From NCBI GenBank assembly GCA_944392315.1, contig CALXWH010000002.1, forward strand, positions 31,441 through 95,440: DNA of 64,000 bases, given 5' to 3'. Positions 20,649 through 31,834 of this stretch are shown here, one piece after another; positions within the stretch are counted from its first letter, which is position 1, and each line of letters begins with the position of its first letter. The notes below the pieces were generated by a model, which was given only the letters and a program-made list of their open reading frames with translations, was not told the DNA's origin and did not search any database. The position numbers were made by a program, and so were the translations under genes. The stretch comes from an uncultured Alphaproteobacteria bacterium (GTDB lineage Bacteria; Pseudomonadota; Alphaproteobacteria; RF32; CAG-239).

Positions 20649-21509
20649 TTATAGAGCTTTACTGAATCTGCTTTTTATTTGCCACAATGAGTGATTTTTG
20701 AATATTGTTTGCGCCTTTGAAGTATAGTATTGAGAGTGCGCAAATAAGACCTCCCCTTTTTCTTTATTAAAATCTATACCCACAAAGCCTTTTGATATCA
20801 TATAATCTATCATTTCTAAGCGCTCAAACGGAATTGATATCTTAGGCTTAAAACACGATAAAACACTTTCCTTATCTATCGGCTTATGCAAGAGTGATAT
20901 TTTTCCACCATCAGAGGGATCCATAGCCGTCTCAAAAAGATTAAATCTGCTGGCAAAATAAGGCGCCATATTCCAACGATTTTTTCTATCTACTATTGAA
21001 GTACAATCTGTGCATCCTAATTTTTGAGCCAACTCCAAACGATAGTTTATCATTACTGTATTTAAGGAATTACCACGATAAATCGGCAGCACAGAATCCC
21101 CACCCATTGAGCCTACTTTATTTTTTCCATAATTTCTCTTGCTATAAAAAAAATCGTATTTGCAATTTGGCAACTCCTCTTGTAACTCACTTTTGCTTTG
21201 ACAAATTCGCAAATATGACATTCCGATTAAATGATTTCCGACAAATACGCCAATATACCGAATTTGCGGATTTTCAAACACTTCATGAAAATATTCTTTT
21301 GTGTGCTTATGGATAAAACATTCTTCTCCACTTTTTAAATGTTCATAAATGTTTTCAGATAATTTTCCCATTTGCTCGGCATCTGTACAATTTAATGGAC
21401 GGATGTAGAAATTAATGGCTTTTTCTTGTTTGATATTATCAATTTTGTGGAGTTTACCGACCCAAATATTTGTACCATTAACTTCATATTTCTTTATTTC
21501 TGAACTCAT
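20649..21509 (-). CDS. Hypothetical protein (~286 aa), possibly with an acyltransferase-like fold.
   Basis: The ORF extends to 21557, but a stable hairpin with a T-run (21521-21547) lies in the first codons on the same strand. The internal Met (MSSEIKK) at 21509 is the more plausible start. No confident family assignment. Confidence 0.45.
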   Translation of the reverse strand: MSSEIKKYEVNGTNIWVGKLHKIDNIKQEKAINFYIRPLNCTDAEQMGKLSENIYEHLKSGEECFIHKHTKEYFHEVFENPQIRYIGVFVGNHLIGMSYLRICQSKSELQEELPNCKYDFFYSKRNYGKNKVGSMGGDSVLPIYRGNSLNTVMINYRLELAQKLGCTDCTSIVDRKNRWNMAPYFASRFNLFETAMDPSDGGKISLLHKPIDKESVLSCFKPKISIPFERLEMIDYMISKGFVGIDFNKEKGEVLFAHSQYYTSKAQTIFKNHSLWQIKSRFSKAL

Positions 21510-21749
21510 CTTCTTTTTCCATAAAAAATGCGGGGTAATACCCCGCCATTTATTCATCTTGTTTAATTTGAAACACAGACTTACTCAAACGACGGGATAT
21601 GCTCCTGACGTTTTATCTTCATCTGTTTTGTTGCTATTGATTGTAGCATTTTGTTGTTCCTCTTAAACATTTTGGGGGTATTCTATATTGTTCTGTGGTA
21701 ATCTGTCAATAGATTTTCTATATTTATAGAGAATCGGTTTGGAGTTTAG

Positions 21750-23825
<2,076 letters not shown>

Positions 23826-23834
23826 TTAAAACTT

Positions 23835-24566
23835 TTATATTTTTGGAGTACGTTTGCGCTTGTAAAATACCTTGTATATGTCAACAAACATAACATTGAA
23901 AAATATGGCTAAAACGGAAATAACGTATATATGGCTATTTATTTTAAAGGCTATATCAATTGCGTACGAAAGTATGCATAAACCACTCATAAATAGGCCG
24001 CATCCGACAAAATTCCAATAATTTCCTTGAGTCTTTTTATAGGCGTCAAGAATTGAACGACTCTTGCCTATAACTGATGATAACCATGCTAAATAAGGGC
24101 GACTTATTGTATATGGCGACAACAATAGCATTAAAATATAGAATAATGTTTTACCTAGCAGAGAATCGTGGCTTTGCAATATTTCCATATAATTTTCAAA
24201 AAATTCTAAGTACTTATCCCTAAACCCCATAAACAAAGGAATATATGGAGCAACAACCAGCACTAAGTAGATGCTGATGTTTATAAACATTATCTTGCTA
24301 GCTGGTATTAAGCCGTTAAAAATCCTTATGAGGGAGAAATATGGCGGATGTTGCTGAATATGGCGAATAAAGATACACCAATAAACATAATATCCCACTA
24401 ACCATAAAATACTTAAAGAATTTGTCCATCCGTTTGGAATTAAAGAAAAAGCATAAAGGAAAGCAAAATTTACTAAAGTCCAAAGAATAAAAGTTCTTTT
24501 ATAGAGCAGTACGAACTTCATACTGCTCTTGATTGAGGACAATAGAGAAAAACTTTTTGCCTCCAT
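23835..24566 (-). CDS. Polytopic inner-membrane protein (about six TM helices), last gene of the VirD4-centred operon.
   Basis: Hydrophobic helices throughout. The ORF overlaps the VirD4 stop, so the Met at MEAKSF (~24566) is the likely start. No family recognised. Confidence 0.5.
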   Translation of the reverse strand: MEAKSFSLLSSIKSSMKFVLLYKRTFILWTLVNFAFLYAFSLIPNGWTNSLSILWLVGYYVYWCIFIRHIQQHPPYFSLIRIFNGLIPASKIMFINISIYLVLVVAPYIPLFMGFRDKYLEFFENYMEILQSHDSLLGKTLFYILMLLLSPYTISRPYLAWLSSVIGKSRSILDAYKKTQGNYWNFVGCGLFMSGLCILSYAIDIAFKINSHIYVISVLAIFFNVMFVDIYKVFYKRKRTPKI

Positions 24567-24576
24567 TGCGGAAGAT

Positions 24577-26796
24577 TTACGCTTCGTCTTCTTCAAAACC
24601 TTCCTCTTCTTCTGCATTAGGATCATAATCTATACCTAATTTTGACAAGATATCTTCATTTTCATCCGTTCTTTGGGCCACAATCCAATCTGGAACCCAT
24701 GGTGAATGTGGCAATTTAGACATTGCCAACATTTTTTTATCCAGATAAAAACGAGGCGCATCTGCCATAATCGGTGTATCAATTGAGCCTTGCATCAACA
24801 CTACTTGTTTTAGCATCGGCAAGCTCAACAAGTCATTCGCGCTTATGGCTGAAACACCTTGTAGCTGATAACTTACGTTTTTAGCAAACGGATTGTACTC
24901 TTTAGCCAAACTTCCTTCTTGTCTGCTGTATGACGTTGTTTGTACCGTTTTGTTACCAATCATTTTGGAGAAACGTTGGGCTGTTTGTTCGTTGTTTTGA
25001 GACAAAATAACTTTACATGCCGTTGTTGAAATTACTGTTTCTAGGTCATCCTTTCCATATTTACCGGAAATTTGACCTAAGTCTTGTCCAATCAGCAAAT
25101 AAGATACTTTTTGACCACGACCTACCGCAGGACCATCAATTACCGCTTTCAACTTCGGCATTTGCGGAAACTCGTCTAGCACAAACAAGGCAGGAAATGG
25201 TCCCATCTTGCCATCAGTCGGGTGTACTGAGTTTGGCGGATTTGAAATCAAGTATGCACTAATTAAATCCACAAATGTTGCACTAATCGGGTTTAAGGCT
25301 TGTGCATCGGTTTGGTTAACAGACAGATATACAGAAATAGGTTTCCATTCTCCGGTTACAGGGTCTTTCATTCCGCGCAGATCTTTAAATTGAATATCGG
25401 AAAAACTTGTTCTCGCAACAACAGCAGAGTTTTTGAAAATACCGATACCCGTTAAACCGGTTGACATAACTGAGCCACGCTCTTTATCCGGCATCGCACT
25501 CAACGCACTCAACTCTGTTACGCAACGACGTGAATAGCCATAATTATTGGCTTCTTCCACCGCAGCGTCAAGCAAATCACGCATTGGATCTGCCATTGCG
25601 GCCATTTGGTCGCCTTCTTCTAAACGACGTTTAATCTCGTTTGCTTGCTCAATTTGTGAGGAGGTAATCCATTCCAAAATCATCGCCATACATGGTTCAT
25701 GATTTACCCATTTATCTGGTAATAAATTCCATGTTCCTATCGGCAAATAATTTTCTATAGTTAAATTACCGTTTTGTAAATCTTGAATCGCTCGTGCAGC
25801 ATTTGCTCGCAAGCCACCAATGCTCATATCATCATAGTATTGCATTAGCTCGGCTTTGTCTTCTGCGGTCATTGAGCCTTCATATATTTTTTGAATAAAG
25901 CGCTCATTGGCCAGAGCTCGTTCGCATTTTGATGATATAAAGTGAATAAATCCACACAACGCACTACGACCGGTTTTTGACCAGTGAGGGTCTGCACCAC
26001 CTTTTGGATCTTCCACTAACGTATTGCACATTGAGTCAACATACAAATCTCGGTCAGGACCTGGTTTTGGTAAAGCCCCCGGTGATAGAGGATTCCAGCT
26101 CGGATAGTATTCACCCGTTGCAGGGTTATCTTCTTTACCCCAGTTAATCACAAACACCGGACCTACTTTGCTTCTCGCTCCTGTTGTTTGATAACATAAC
26201 TCAGGCTTCGGGTCGTTCACGATAATACTTAATCCTTCTGAATTAAAAATTGTCGGAATTACGACACCTGCCGTTTTACCAGTTCCCGGAGGCGCACAGC
26301 ACAAAGTTGACAATGTTTCTTTCAATTTCAGCATTTTACCTTGGAATTTTCCGACCACCATGCAAAAACCGTCAAATCCAAGCAGAGGCATATTTTCAAT
26401 ATCTCGTAAGGTTGCAATATGCGCAGAACCATGAATGTTTGATTGGAATTTATATGGACACTTTATTCCGCCAACCAATAAAATGATTGGAAAAGATAAA
26501 AATGGCAGAATCGGCGGCCATAAACTTATTTTAAACTCTCCACTGTAATGGTATATTTTTCTAAACCATCTCATATACCACTCCCATAAGTATCCGAAGT
26601 CTCCTAAGGATTTTTTCAAGAATATTCCCGCAACCTCCATACTCTTTTTAGATATGCCGTTTTGCATTAAAAAAGCAATTATTGGCGATAAATAAAGAAA
26701 TGCTACGGTTACCGCTACTGATATGGCAAAAGTTATTGTCATCCAGCGCACCGCGTTATCATATTCTTCCCACTCTTTTCCTCTTTCTTTTGCCAT
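24577..26796 (-). CDS. virD4: Type IV secretion coupling protein (VirD4/TraG/TrwB family ATPase).
   Basis: Two N-terminal TM segments, Walker A CAPPGTGKTAGVVIPT, Walker B FVLDEFPQMPKL, an IGQDLGQ motif and an acidic C-terminal tail …EEEEGFEEDEA, all typical of T4 coupling proteins. 739 aa. Confidence 0.85.
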   Translation of the reverse strand: MAKERGKEWEEYDNAVRWMTITFAISVAVTVAFLYLSPIIAFLMQNGISKKSMEVAGIFLKKSLGDFGYLWEWYMRWFRKIYHYSGEFKISLWPPILPFLSFPIILLVGGIKCPYKFQSNIHGSAHIATLRDIENMPLLGFDGFCMVVGKFQGKMLKLKETLSTLCCAPPGTGKTAGVVIPTIFNSEGLSIIVNDPKPELCYQTTGARSKVGPVFVINWGKEDNPATGEYYPSWNPLSPGALPKPGPDRDLYVDSMCNTLVEDPKGGADPHWSKTGRSALCGFIHFISSKCERALANERFIQKIYEGSMTAEDKAELMQYYDDMSIGGLRANAARAIQDLQNGNLTIENYLPIGTWNLLPDKWVNHEPCMAMILEWITSSQIEQANEIKRRLEEGDQMAAMADPMRDLLDAAVEEANNYGYSRRCVTELSALSAMPDKERGSVMSTGLTGIGIFKNSAVVARTSFSDIQFKDLRGMKDPVTGEWKPISVYLSVNQTDAQALNPISATFVDLISAYLISNPPNSVHPTDGKMGPFPALFVLDEFPQMPKLKAVIDGPAVGRGQKVSYLLIGQDLGQISGKYGKDDLETVISTTACKVILSQNNEQTAQRFSKMIGNKTVQTTSYSRQEGSLAKEYNPFAKNVSYQLQGVSAISANDLLSLPMLKQVVLMQGSIDTPIMADAPRFYLDKKMLAMSKLPHSPWVPDWIVAQRTDENEDILSKLGIDYDPNAEEEEGFEEDEA

Positions 26797-26817
26797 TTAC
26801 ACCTCTAATAAACAAAA

Positions 26818-28119
26818 TTAAGCCAAACTACGTATAAGTTTTTTAAGTTTTTCAAATGTGTTTTTATCTGTTTTTTCTTCACAATTGTCTAAAGATTTGG
26901 AGAACAAACGAATCTCTTTTGGACTTCCTCTGTTGATACGTGTCACATTGATATTCATATTGTTCCAAATTTCAAACATATCTTCCGCATTTATGATGTT
27001 GCCAGATTGAATAATTACGTACGATACTATCTCAAAATTCATATCTCCAACAGCAAGTTTTGTTTTTAATATATCGCGAGCTATGTCTACTTTTCTTACC
27101 GGAGAAATGCGATGACTACTCTCTGAAAACCATAACGGTTCTTCATCATTAAATTTCTCTTCATCGGCTAACCAATCACCTATTTCTTTATCTACCAAAC
27201 ATAGAATAAGCTGATTTTTTGATACCGCAACATAATCTATTGTTGTATTTTTGATTATTGCAGAGGGAATTACATCATATCCTTTTTGATTAAGCACATC
27301 TAACACCGGTGTATGTGATTCTTTTATTGGGGCGGGTGTCTGATTGTCTTGCTGTCTGTTCTTTTGCTGATTGTCTTTCTTATTATTTGAATTTTGCCCT
27401 TTATCTTGGTGTTGAGGCTTAGAGGTAAATTCAGGTTCTTTCTCGTTAACTATTTCTGCTTCTATTGTTTCCGGTTTATCAACTACAAGGGCTGATGGAA
27501 TATCATCATCTATATCGGGCTTCTTATCTTTTTTCTCAAAATCAAAATCTAAATCAAAATCATCATCGTCAAAATTAAATAAGGCATGATTTGTCGGAAT
27601 CTCTGCATTATCTTTTTTAGCTGGGGTATACGGTGATGCAGTTCTTGAATTCAAATTGCTGTTTATATTGGATTGCAATAACGTTGCTGAAGGCAATGGG
27701 GGTCTTTTCATTGGAGCTTTTTTGATAATCGGTGTCTTTTTTACAACTTTAGGCTCTTCTGCTATTGATTTTTTCTTAACAACAACGGGAGCTTTTGTTT
27801 TTAATGTGATTTTTCTGAATGCATACAACGGACTCAAAACGACTTTTTTAACCAGTCGTTCCCATTTGACCAAACATAGCCCTACCCAACCTGCTATCCA
27901 CAAAGGAATTGAGCTCACAACAATCATAAAGAAACCTAATTCGGAATTACTTATTGGCGCTCCGCTGTTCCATTTATACCCTAGTAATCTCCAATGCTCT
28001 GCTAATAAGATATCAAAATGCCAGTTAATCAGCAACAAAACCCGAATGCCATCTATGAAGACTATACTCCATAAATAACCTACTATCAGCGTTTTTAATA
28101 TTATTATTAGCGGTTTCAA
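26818..28119 (-). CDS. Membrane-anchored protein with a Lys/Pro-rich disordered linker, an acidic DFD repeat and a C-terminal globular domain.
   Basis: N-terminal 2-3 TM helices, then KKxPxxKK repeats, then an FNFDDDDFDLDFDFEKKDKKPDIDDD acidic stretch, then a ~200-aa C-terminal domain. No motif matches VirB10, TonB or TolA C-domains. Confidence 0.5.
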   Translation of the reverse strand: MKPLIIILKTLIVGYLWSIVFIDGIRVLLLINWHFDILLAEHWRLLGYKWNSGAPISNSELGFFMIVVSSIPLWIAGWVGLCLVKWERLVKKVVLSPLYAFRKITLKTKAPVVVKKKSIAEEPKVVKKTPIIKKAPMKRPPLPSATLLQSNINSNLNSRTASPYTPAKKDNAEIPTNHALFNFDDDDFDLDFDFEKKDKKPDIDDDIPSALVVDKPETIEAEIVNEKEPEFTSKPQHQDKGQNSNNKKDNQQKNRQQDNQTPAPIKESHTPVLDVLNQKGYDVIPSAIIKNTTIDYVAVSKNQLILCLVDKEIGDWLADEEKFNDEEPLWFSESSHRISPVRKVDIARDILKTKLAVGDMNFEIVSYVIIQSGNIINAEDMFEIWNNMNINVTRINRGSPKEIRLFSKSLDNCEEKTDKNTFEKLKKLIRSLA

Positions 28120-28171
28120 GTTTTTCTCCGGTTTTATTCCTTATTGTATGTTGGTATTAGTTAATAAGTCA

Positions 28172-28684
28172 TTATTGTTTTTCATTTTCCTCTATTTTTG
28201 CAGCAATTTGTTTTCTTAAATTTGCCGCTTCATGTGATGCCCCTTTGTTTCCGCCTTCTTGTTCTATTTTATCTTTTATTATTTCATCCAATGTTTTATC
28301 CTTTGAACCTAGATTTTTTATAGATACATGTTCTATTTCCATATTTTTGGGGCGAGTTAAACGTCTATATAGCGTAATAAACGGTTTTCCGAAAAATTTG
28401 CCTAGGCCATATTTGTAGAGTTTGTAACTAAGGATCAACCATGCTATGGGTAGTAATATTAAGCACACACCTAAACTACAATCACGAAATGTATTGAAAA
28501 CGCCGCCGTTTTCCCAATATTCATACATTATTCTATATGATTGAATATTGAAAATATCAAATTTCCATAACAACTTAAAAAGAAATTGCCCAACATAGGC
28601 CAATACAACAAAAACAATTATACTGCTAGATAAAAATCTTATCATTTTACCTATTTTTTTCATATTTAGCTCCTTATCTTCCAA
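28172..28684 (-). CDS. Small two-TM membrane protein with a charged cytoplasmic tail.
   Basis: Two hydrophobic helices followed by a K/E-rich C-terminus. Overlaps the upstream gene by 11 nt. Confidence 0.45.
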   Translation of the reverse strand: MEDKELNMKKIGKMIRFLSSSIIVFVVLAYVGQFLFKLLWKFDIFNIQSYRIMYEYWENGGVFNTFRDCSLGVCLILLPIAWLILSYKLYKYGLGKFFGKPFITLYRRLTRPKNMEIEHVSIKNLGSKDKTLDEIIKDKIEQEGGNKGASHEAANLRKQIAAKIEENEKQ

Positions 28685-30287
28685 ACCTATATTCTCTTAT
28701 AGCCTTAGAAAATTGCTTTTCGGTTAACGTAAACTCATCTTTTTGGGTGGCAGCTTGTCTTTCTGATATTTTTTGGCCGTTTATTTCAAAATTATCTATT
28801 GCTTTATTTATTTTTGCAACGGCTTCTTTGGCTTGTTTGTGTTTGCTGCGGTCATTGATGTTTTTCTCAATGATTTTATCTGTTTCTACTTTTGCTGCTT
28901 TGCCGGCATTATTAACCGAGGTCAGGTATTGCTTGATATTTTCTTTTATTGTTTCTGGATTATCTCTGTTTGCCTCGTGTATTTTATCTATATTTTCCAT
29001 CAATTTTTGGTAATACTGTTGGCTGCGCTTTTGGATGTGTGCTTTTATTATTTCTTCATTATCAATAGCATCCTTGCTTGCCGTCCTTACTTCTTTGATT
29101 TTTTCAGATACTTTTTTCCTTATTTCTGCGATTTTTTTGCCGTCATTTGCAATTTTACTAATTTCTTCTAATTTCTTGTTAATTTCTTTACATGCTGTAT
29201 CATCTCCGCCTATTTCATTTTGTAATTCTACAACCTCCGTTGCAATGTTCGTTTTTAATTGACTGATATCTAAACTTTTATTTTTTATAATTTTTTCTAA
29301 ATTATCTAATTTATCTGAAAACTCTGGAGATATTACATTTTTTGCACCACTTATTACTTCTTCTATCGTGGCTAATCTGGTGGCTATCGTAAATATTTTT
29401 TCTTCTTTTGCAAAGCGGCCGGCTACAATTTCTTTATCTACACCTAAACCATACTTTTGCATGAAATCAGCTTCAGGTGATGATGGATCTGCCATAGCTT
29501 TTTCTTGGATTTCACATAATTTTCTATAAAAATCCGGCTCTCTACCCCATAACACCCATGTTGGAGCAATGCCATCTTTTGTTTTAGCAAGATTTTCATT
29601 GAGCTCTATAAGTTTTTCTTTTTCTTTTGCAAATCTATCTGCCCGTTCTTTGTAAAATTCATCACCTATCATATAGATATTTTTTTTGGCCTTTTCTTTT
29701 TTTTCTTCAACCTTACCTCCAGATTTATAAGGTGCAAATAACACCCACTCTGCAAAATCTAATGTGTTGTCCACAATGGCATCTATTCCCCATGCATAAA
29801 ATGCCATAATACAATCATTCCAGAAAACTTCCATAATATTATCACCGCCGGATTTTCCTTTTGTTCCGCCTCTGTCACGTTTTGGCGGTACAATAGAACC
29901 TTTGGATACAACATTTTTTTCTTTCTTATCTTTCGGTGCTTTGGTATCAAACCCCTCTATTGGCATTTCATCGTAAGCTCTTGATATGCCATCAGGTGTT
30001 CTTTGCGGCCTTCTCGGTTGTGGTTGAGGGGATTCTGGCTGATTTTGAGAGGTTTCGTCTTGATTATGATTATTTTCTCTATTTTCATTAGAATCTGTTT
30101 GTGTAGCCTCTGTTTCTGTGGTGGATTCGTTGGCATTTTCTGAGTTAGATTGTGTCTCAGATGTTTCTGTTTCACTACTTAAAGAATTTCCATCCATGTG
30201 GAGATTTTCTTCAATTTGTTTGTCTATCTCTTCTGACAGTTTTTTATTTTCTTTATCTAAATCATCCATCTGAGAATTGGTTACCAT
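28674..30287 (-). CDS. Large acidic protein with a low-complexity N-terminus and a coiled coil (537 aa).
   Basis: N-terminal S/T/E/N/Q-rich region (…ETETSETQSNSENANESTTETEATQTD…PQPQPRRPQRTP…), one hydrophobic segment (IMEVFWNDCIMAFYAWGIDAIV), then a long K/E heptad-like region. Confidence 0.5.
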   Translation of the reverse strand: MVTNSQMDDLDKENKKLSEEIDKQIEENLHMDGNSLSSETETSETQSNSENANESTTETEATQTDSNENRENNHNQDETSQNQPESPQPQPRRPQRTPDGISRAYDEMPIEGFDTKAPKDKKEKNVVSKGSIVPPKRDRGGTKGKSGGDNIMEVFWNDCIMAFYAWGIDAIVDNTLDFAEWVLFAPYKSGGKVEEKKEKAKKNIYMIGDEFYKERADRFAKEKEKLIELNENLAKTKDGIAPTWVLWGREPDFYRKLCEIQEKAMADPSSPEADFMQKYGLGVDKEIVAGRFAKEEKIFTIATRLATIEEVISGAKNVISPEFSDKLDNLEKIIKNKSLDISQLKTNIATEVVELQNEIGGDDTACKEINKKLEEISKIANDGKKIAEIRKKVSEKIKEVRTASKDAIDNEEIIKAHIQKRSQQYYQKLMENIDKIHEANRDNPETIKENIKQYLTSVNNAGKAAKVETDKIIEKNINDRSKHKQAKEAVAKINKAIDNFEINGQKISERQAATQKDEFTLTEKQFSKAIREYRFGR

Positions 30288-30366
30288 TTTATTTTCTCCT
30301 CTTTTATGTTTTGTTTATGGTAACATAAAAACATATTCTTGTCTACTTTAAACACTCCGTTTTTTC

Positions 30367-31458
30367 TCAGACCTTTAACTTTTTTATAAATTCTCCTATT
30401 TTTTGATTAGCTTTTATACCATCTTCAGGGGTTACTTTGATTAACCCAAAGAATTTAGGGCGAATCTTATCAAATTCTATTGGAGAAAACATTGCCGGAT
30501 TCTTGGTCAGGGCTTTATAGGCTCCTTCTGTATCTTTTTGCGCTGCCTTAAAATAATTTCCAATCAATTTTTCTGCATTGATTGGGAAATTCTTTTCTTT
30601 TAATTTTTTAATAAAAAGAGTGCGTCTTTCTTGTAATTCCATGTATTCATCGTATAGCTCTTTTTTTATTCTATTTTTCTGAACGATTTCTTTCTTTTGC
30701 TCATAACTTACTTCGCATATCTCTAAATTTATCAAAATTTCAACATAAGATATGATGGCTAACTGCATATCTGTATCATTTAAACTTTCTGCGAAAGTCA
30801 GATATTCTTCATCACCGGCATCTTTGGAAAGTCTTTTCATATTTTCAGGGTCATATTTATTTAGGATATCCCAGCAATCTAATAGATATTGTGCAATTTT
30901 TTTGCCAATGCTCGGTTTGTAGTTCGGATATAACAAGTCTTCTGTATAATCGGTATCTGGCGTTTTTAAATTCTTTTTTTCGGCCAAGGCTGTAATTCCG
31001 TCCCTAAAATTGGTTACTGCTCTGGCCAATTCTTTCTCTTCATCTTTTAATTTAGATTTTTCTTCGGGCACAACTTGTTGTTTTACAACTGTTATGTTTT
31101 GTAAATCAGACAAATTATTTATTGTTTCTTGCGGTGCGGTATTCTCTACTTTATTTTGCATTGGCTGAGAAGTTGTGCCCGGAGTATTGGTTTTAGCTTG
31201 TTGGGGCGTGTTATTCGTTGTTATAAAACTATCCAATCCGCTTCCTGCCTCAGACAAGAAACTATCTAGAGTTTCTTCTTTTGCTTCTTCATTCTGTGGT
31301 ACTGCAGTTTCTTTACTTTGATTTATAAAATCGTTTAGTAGCTTTGCAAATTCATCTTCTATTTTAACTGTTGTTGATGGTTCTTCTTTTTCTTCTGTGC
31401 TTTGTTTTTCTACGCTTTGATTCAAAAAATCATCTAATGACTTTATATCATCACTCAT
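30367..31458 (-). CDS. Acidic cytoplasmic hypothetical protein (363 aa).
   Basis: No TM segments. Disordered acidic N-terminal half and helical C-terminal half. Overlaps the upstream small gene by 8 nt. Confidence 0.5.
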   Translation of the reverse strand: MSDDIKSLDDFLNQSVEKQSTEEKEEPSTTVKIEDEFAKLLNDFINQSKETAVPQNEEAKEETLDSFLSEAGSGLDSFITTNNTPQQAKTNTPGTTSQPMQNKVENTAPQETINNLSDLQNITVVKQQVVPEEKSKLKDEEKELARAVTNFRDGITALAEKKNLKTPDTDYTEDLLYPNYKPSIGKKIAQYLLDCWDILNKYDPENMKRLSKDAGDEEYLTFAESLNDTDMQLAIISYVEILINLEICEVSYEQKKEIVQKNRIKKELYDEYMELQERRTLFIKKLKEKNFPINAEKLIGNYFKAAQKDTEGAYKALTKNPAMFSPIEFDKIRPKFFGLIKVTPEDGIKANQKIGEFIKKLKV

Positions 31459-31756
31459 CTTTGTTATCCCCCTTATTTAGGTTGATTGTTAAAATATTTT
31501 CTTTATTATCCTCATTGATGATCATTATTTTGTCTGTGATTGGTGTTGTTATCAAAATATACAGTTTTTTATTTTCTGCCCATATTTGCTTTACTTTCGC
31601 ATTTTTTGCTATATTCAAATTGATTTCTTTGTTGTTTTCTTGTGATTCTGTATGCGTTTTCTTTGCAAAAATTTTCAGAAAAATCATATATGTACATATA
31701 ACGATACATAAACTTAGTATAATCACCATGCTTTTTAGAATATTTTGTTTTGTCAT
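31451..31756 (-). CDS. Small bitopic membrane protein (101 aa), first gene of the operon.
   Basis: A single N-terminal TM helix (SMVIILSLCIVICTYMIF) then a polar extracytoplasmic region. No known family. Confidence 0.4.
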   Translation of the reverse strand: MTKQNILKSMVIILSLCIVICTYMIFLKIFAKKTHTESQENNKEINLNIAKNAKVKQIWAENKKLYILITTPITDKIMIINEDNKENILTINLNKGDNKDE

Positions 31757-31834
31757 ATTATATCCTTGATTTTATCTTTATTTGTGGTTTATTTTACACT
31801 TAAATTTGTGAATATATATTTAACGTGATTTTCC

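Noticed and set aside
26818-28119. Possibility that the 433-aa protein is a VirB10 homolog (TM plus Pro-rich linker plus C-domain).
   Set aside because: The C-terminal domain lacks the conserved VirB10/TrbI beta-barrel motifs I would expect. The architecture similarity is only generic, so it is kept as unassigned.
28747-29262. Three plus-strand ORFs (88, 132 and 75 aa) rich in Phe/Cys/Ile.
   Set aside because: Antisense to the K/E-rich coiled-coil gene 28674-30287. Their AT-rich codon composition is not protein-like.
23835-31756. Interpretation of the whole block as a Rickettsiales-type rvh or Bartonella VirB/VirD4 fragment.
   Set aside because: In those systems virD4 follows virB8-B11. Here no VirB-like ATPase (VirB4/VirB11), pilin or VirB9 secretin-like gene is present. 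The genome also encodes lipid A genes and glycolysis enzymes, so the backbone does not fit Anaplasmataceae or Rickettsiaceae.
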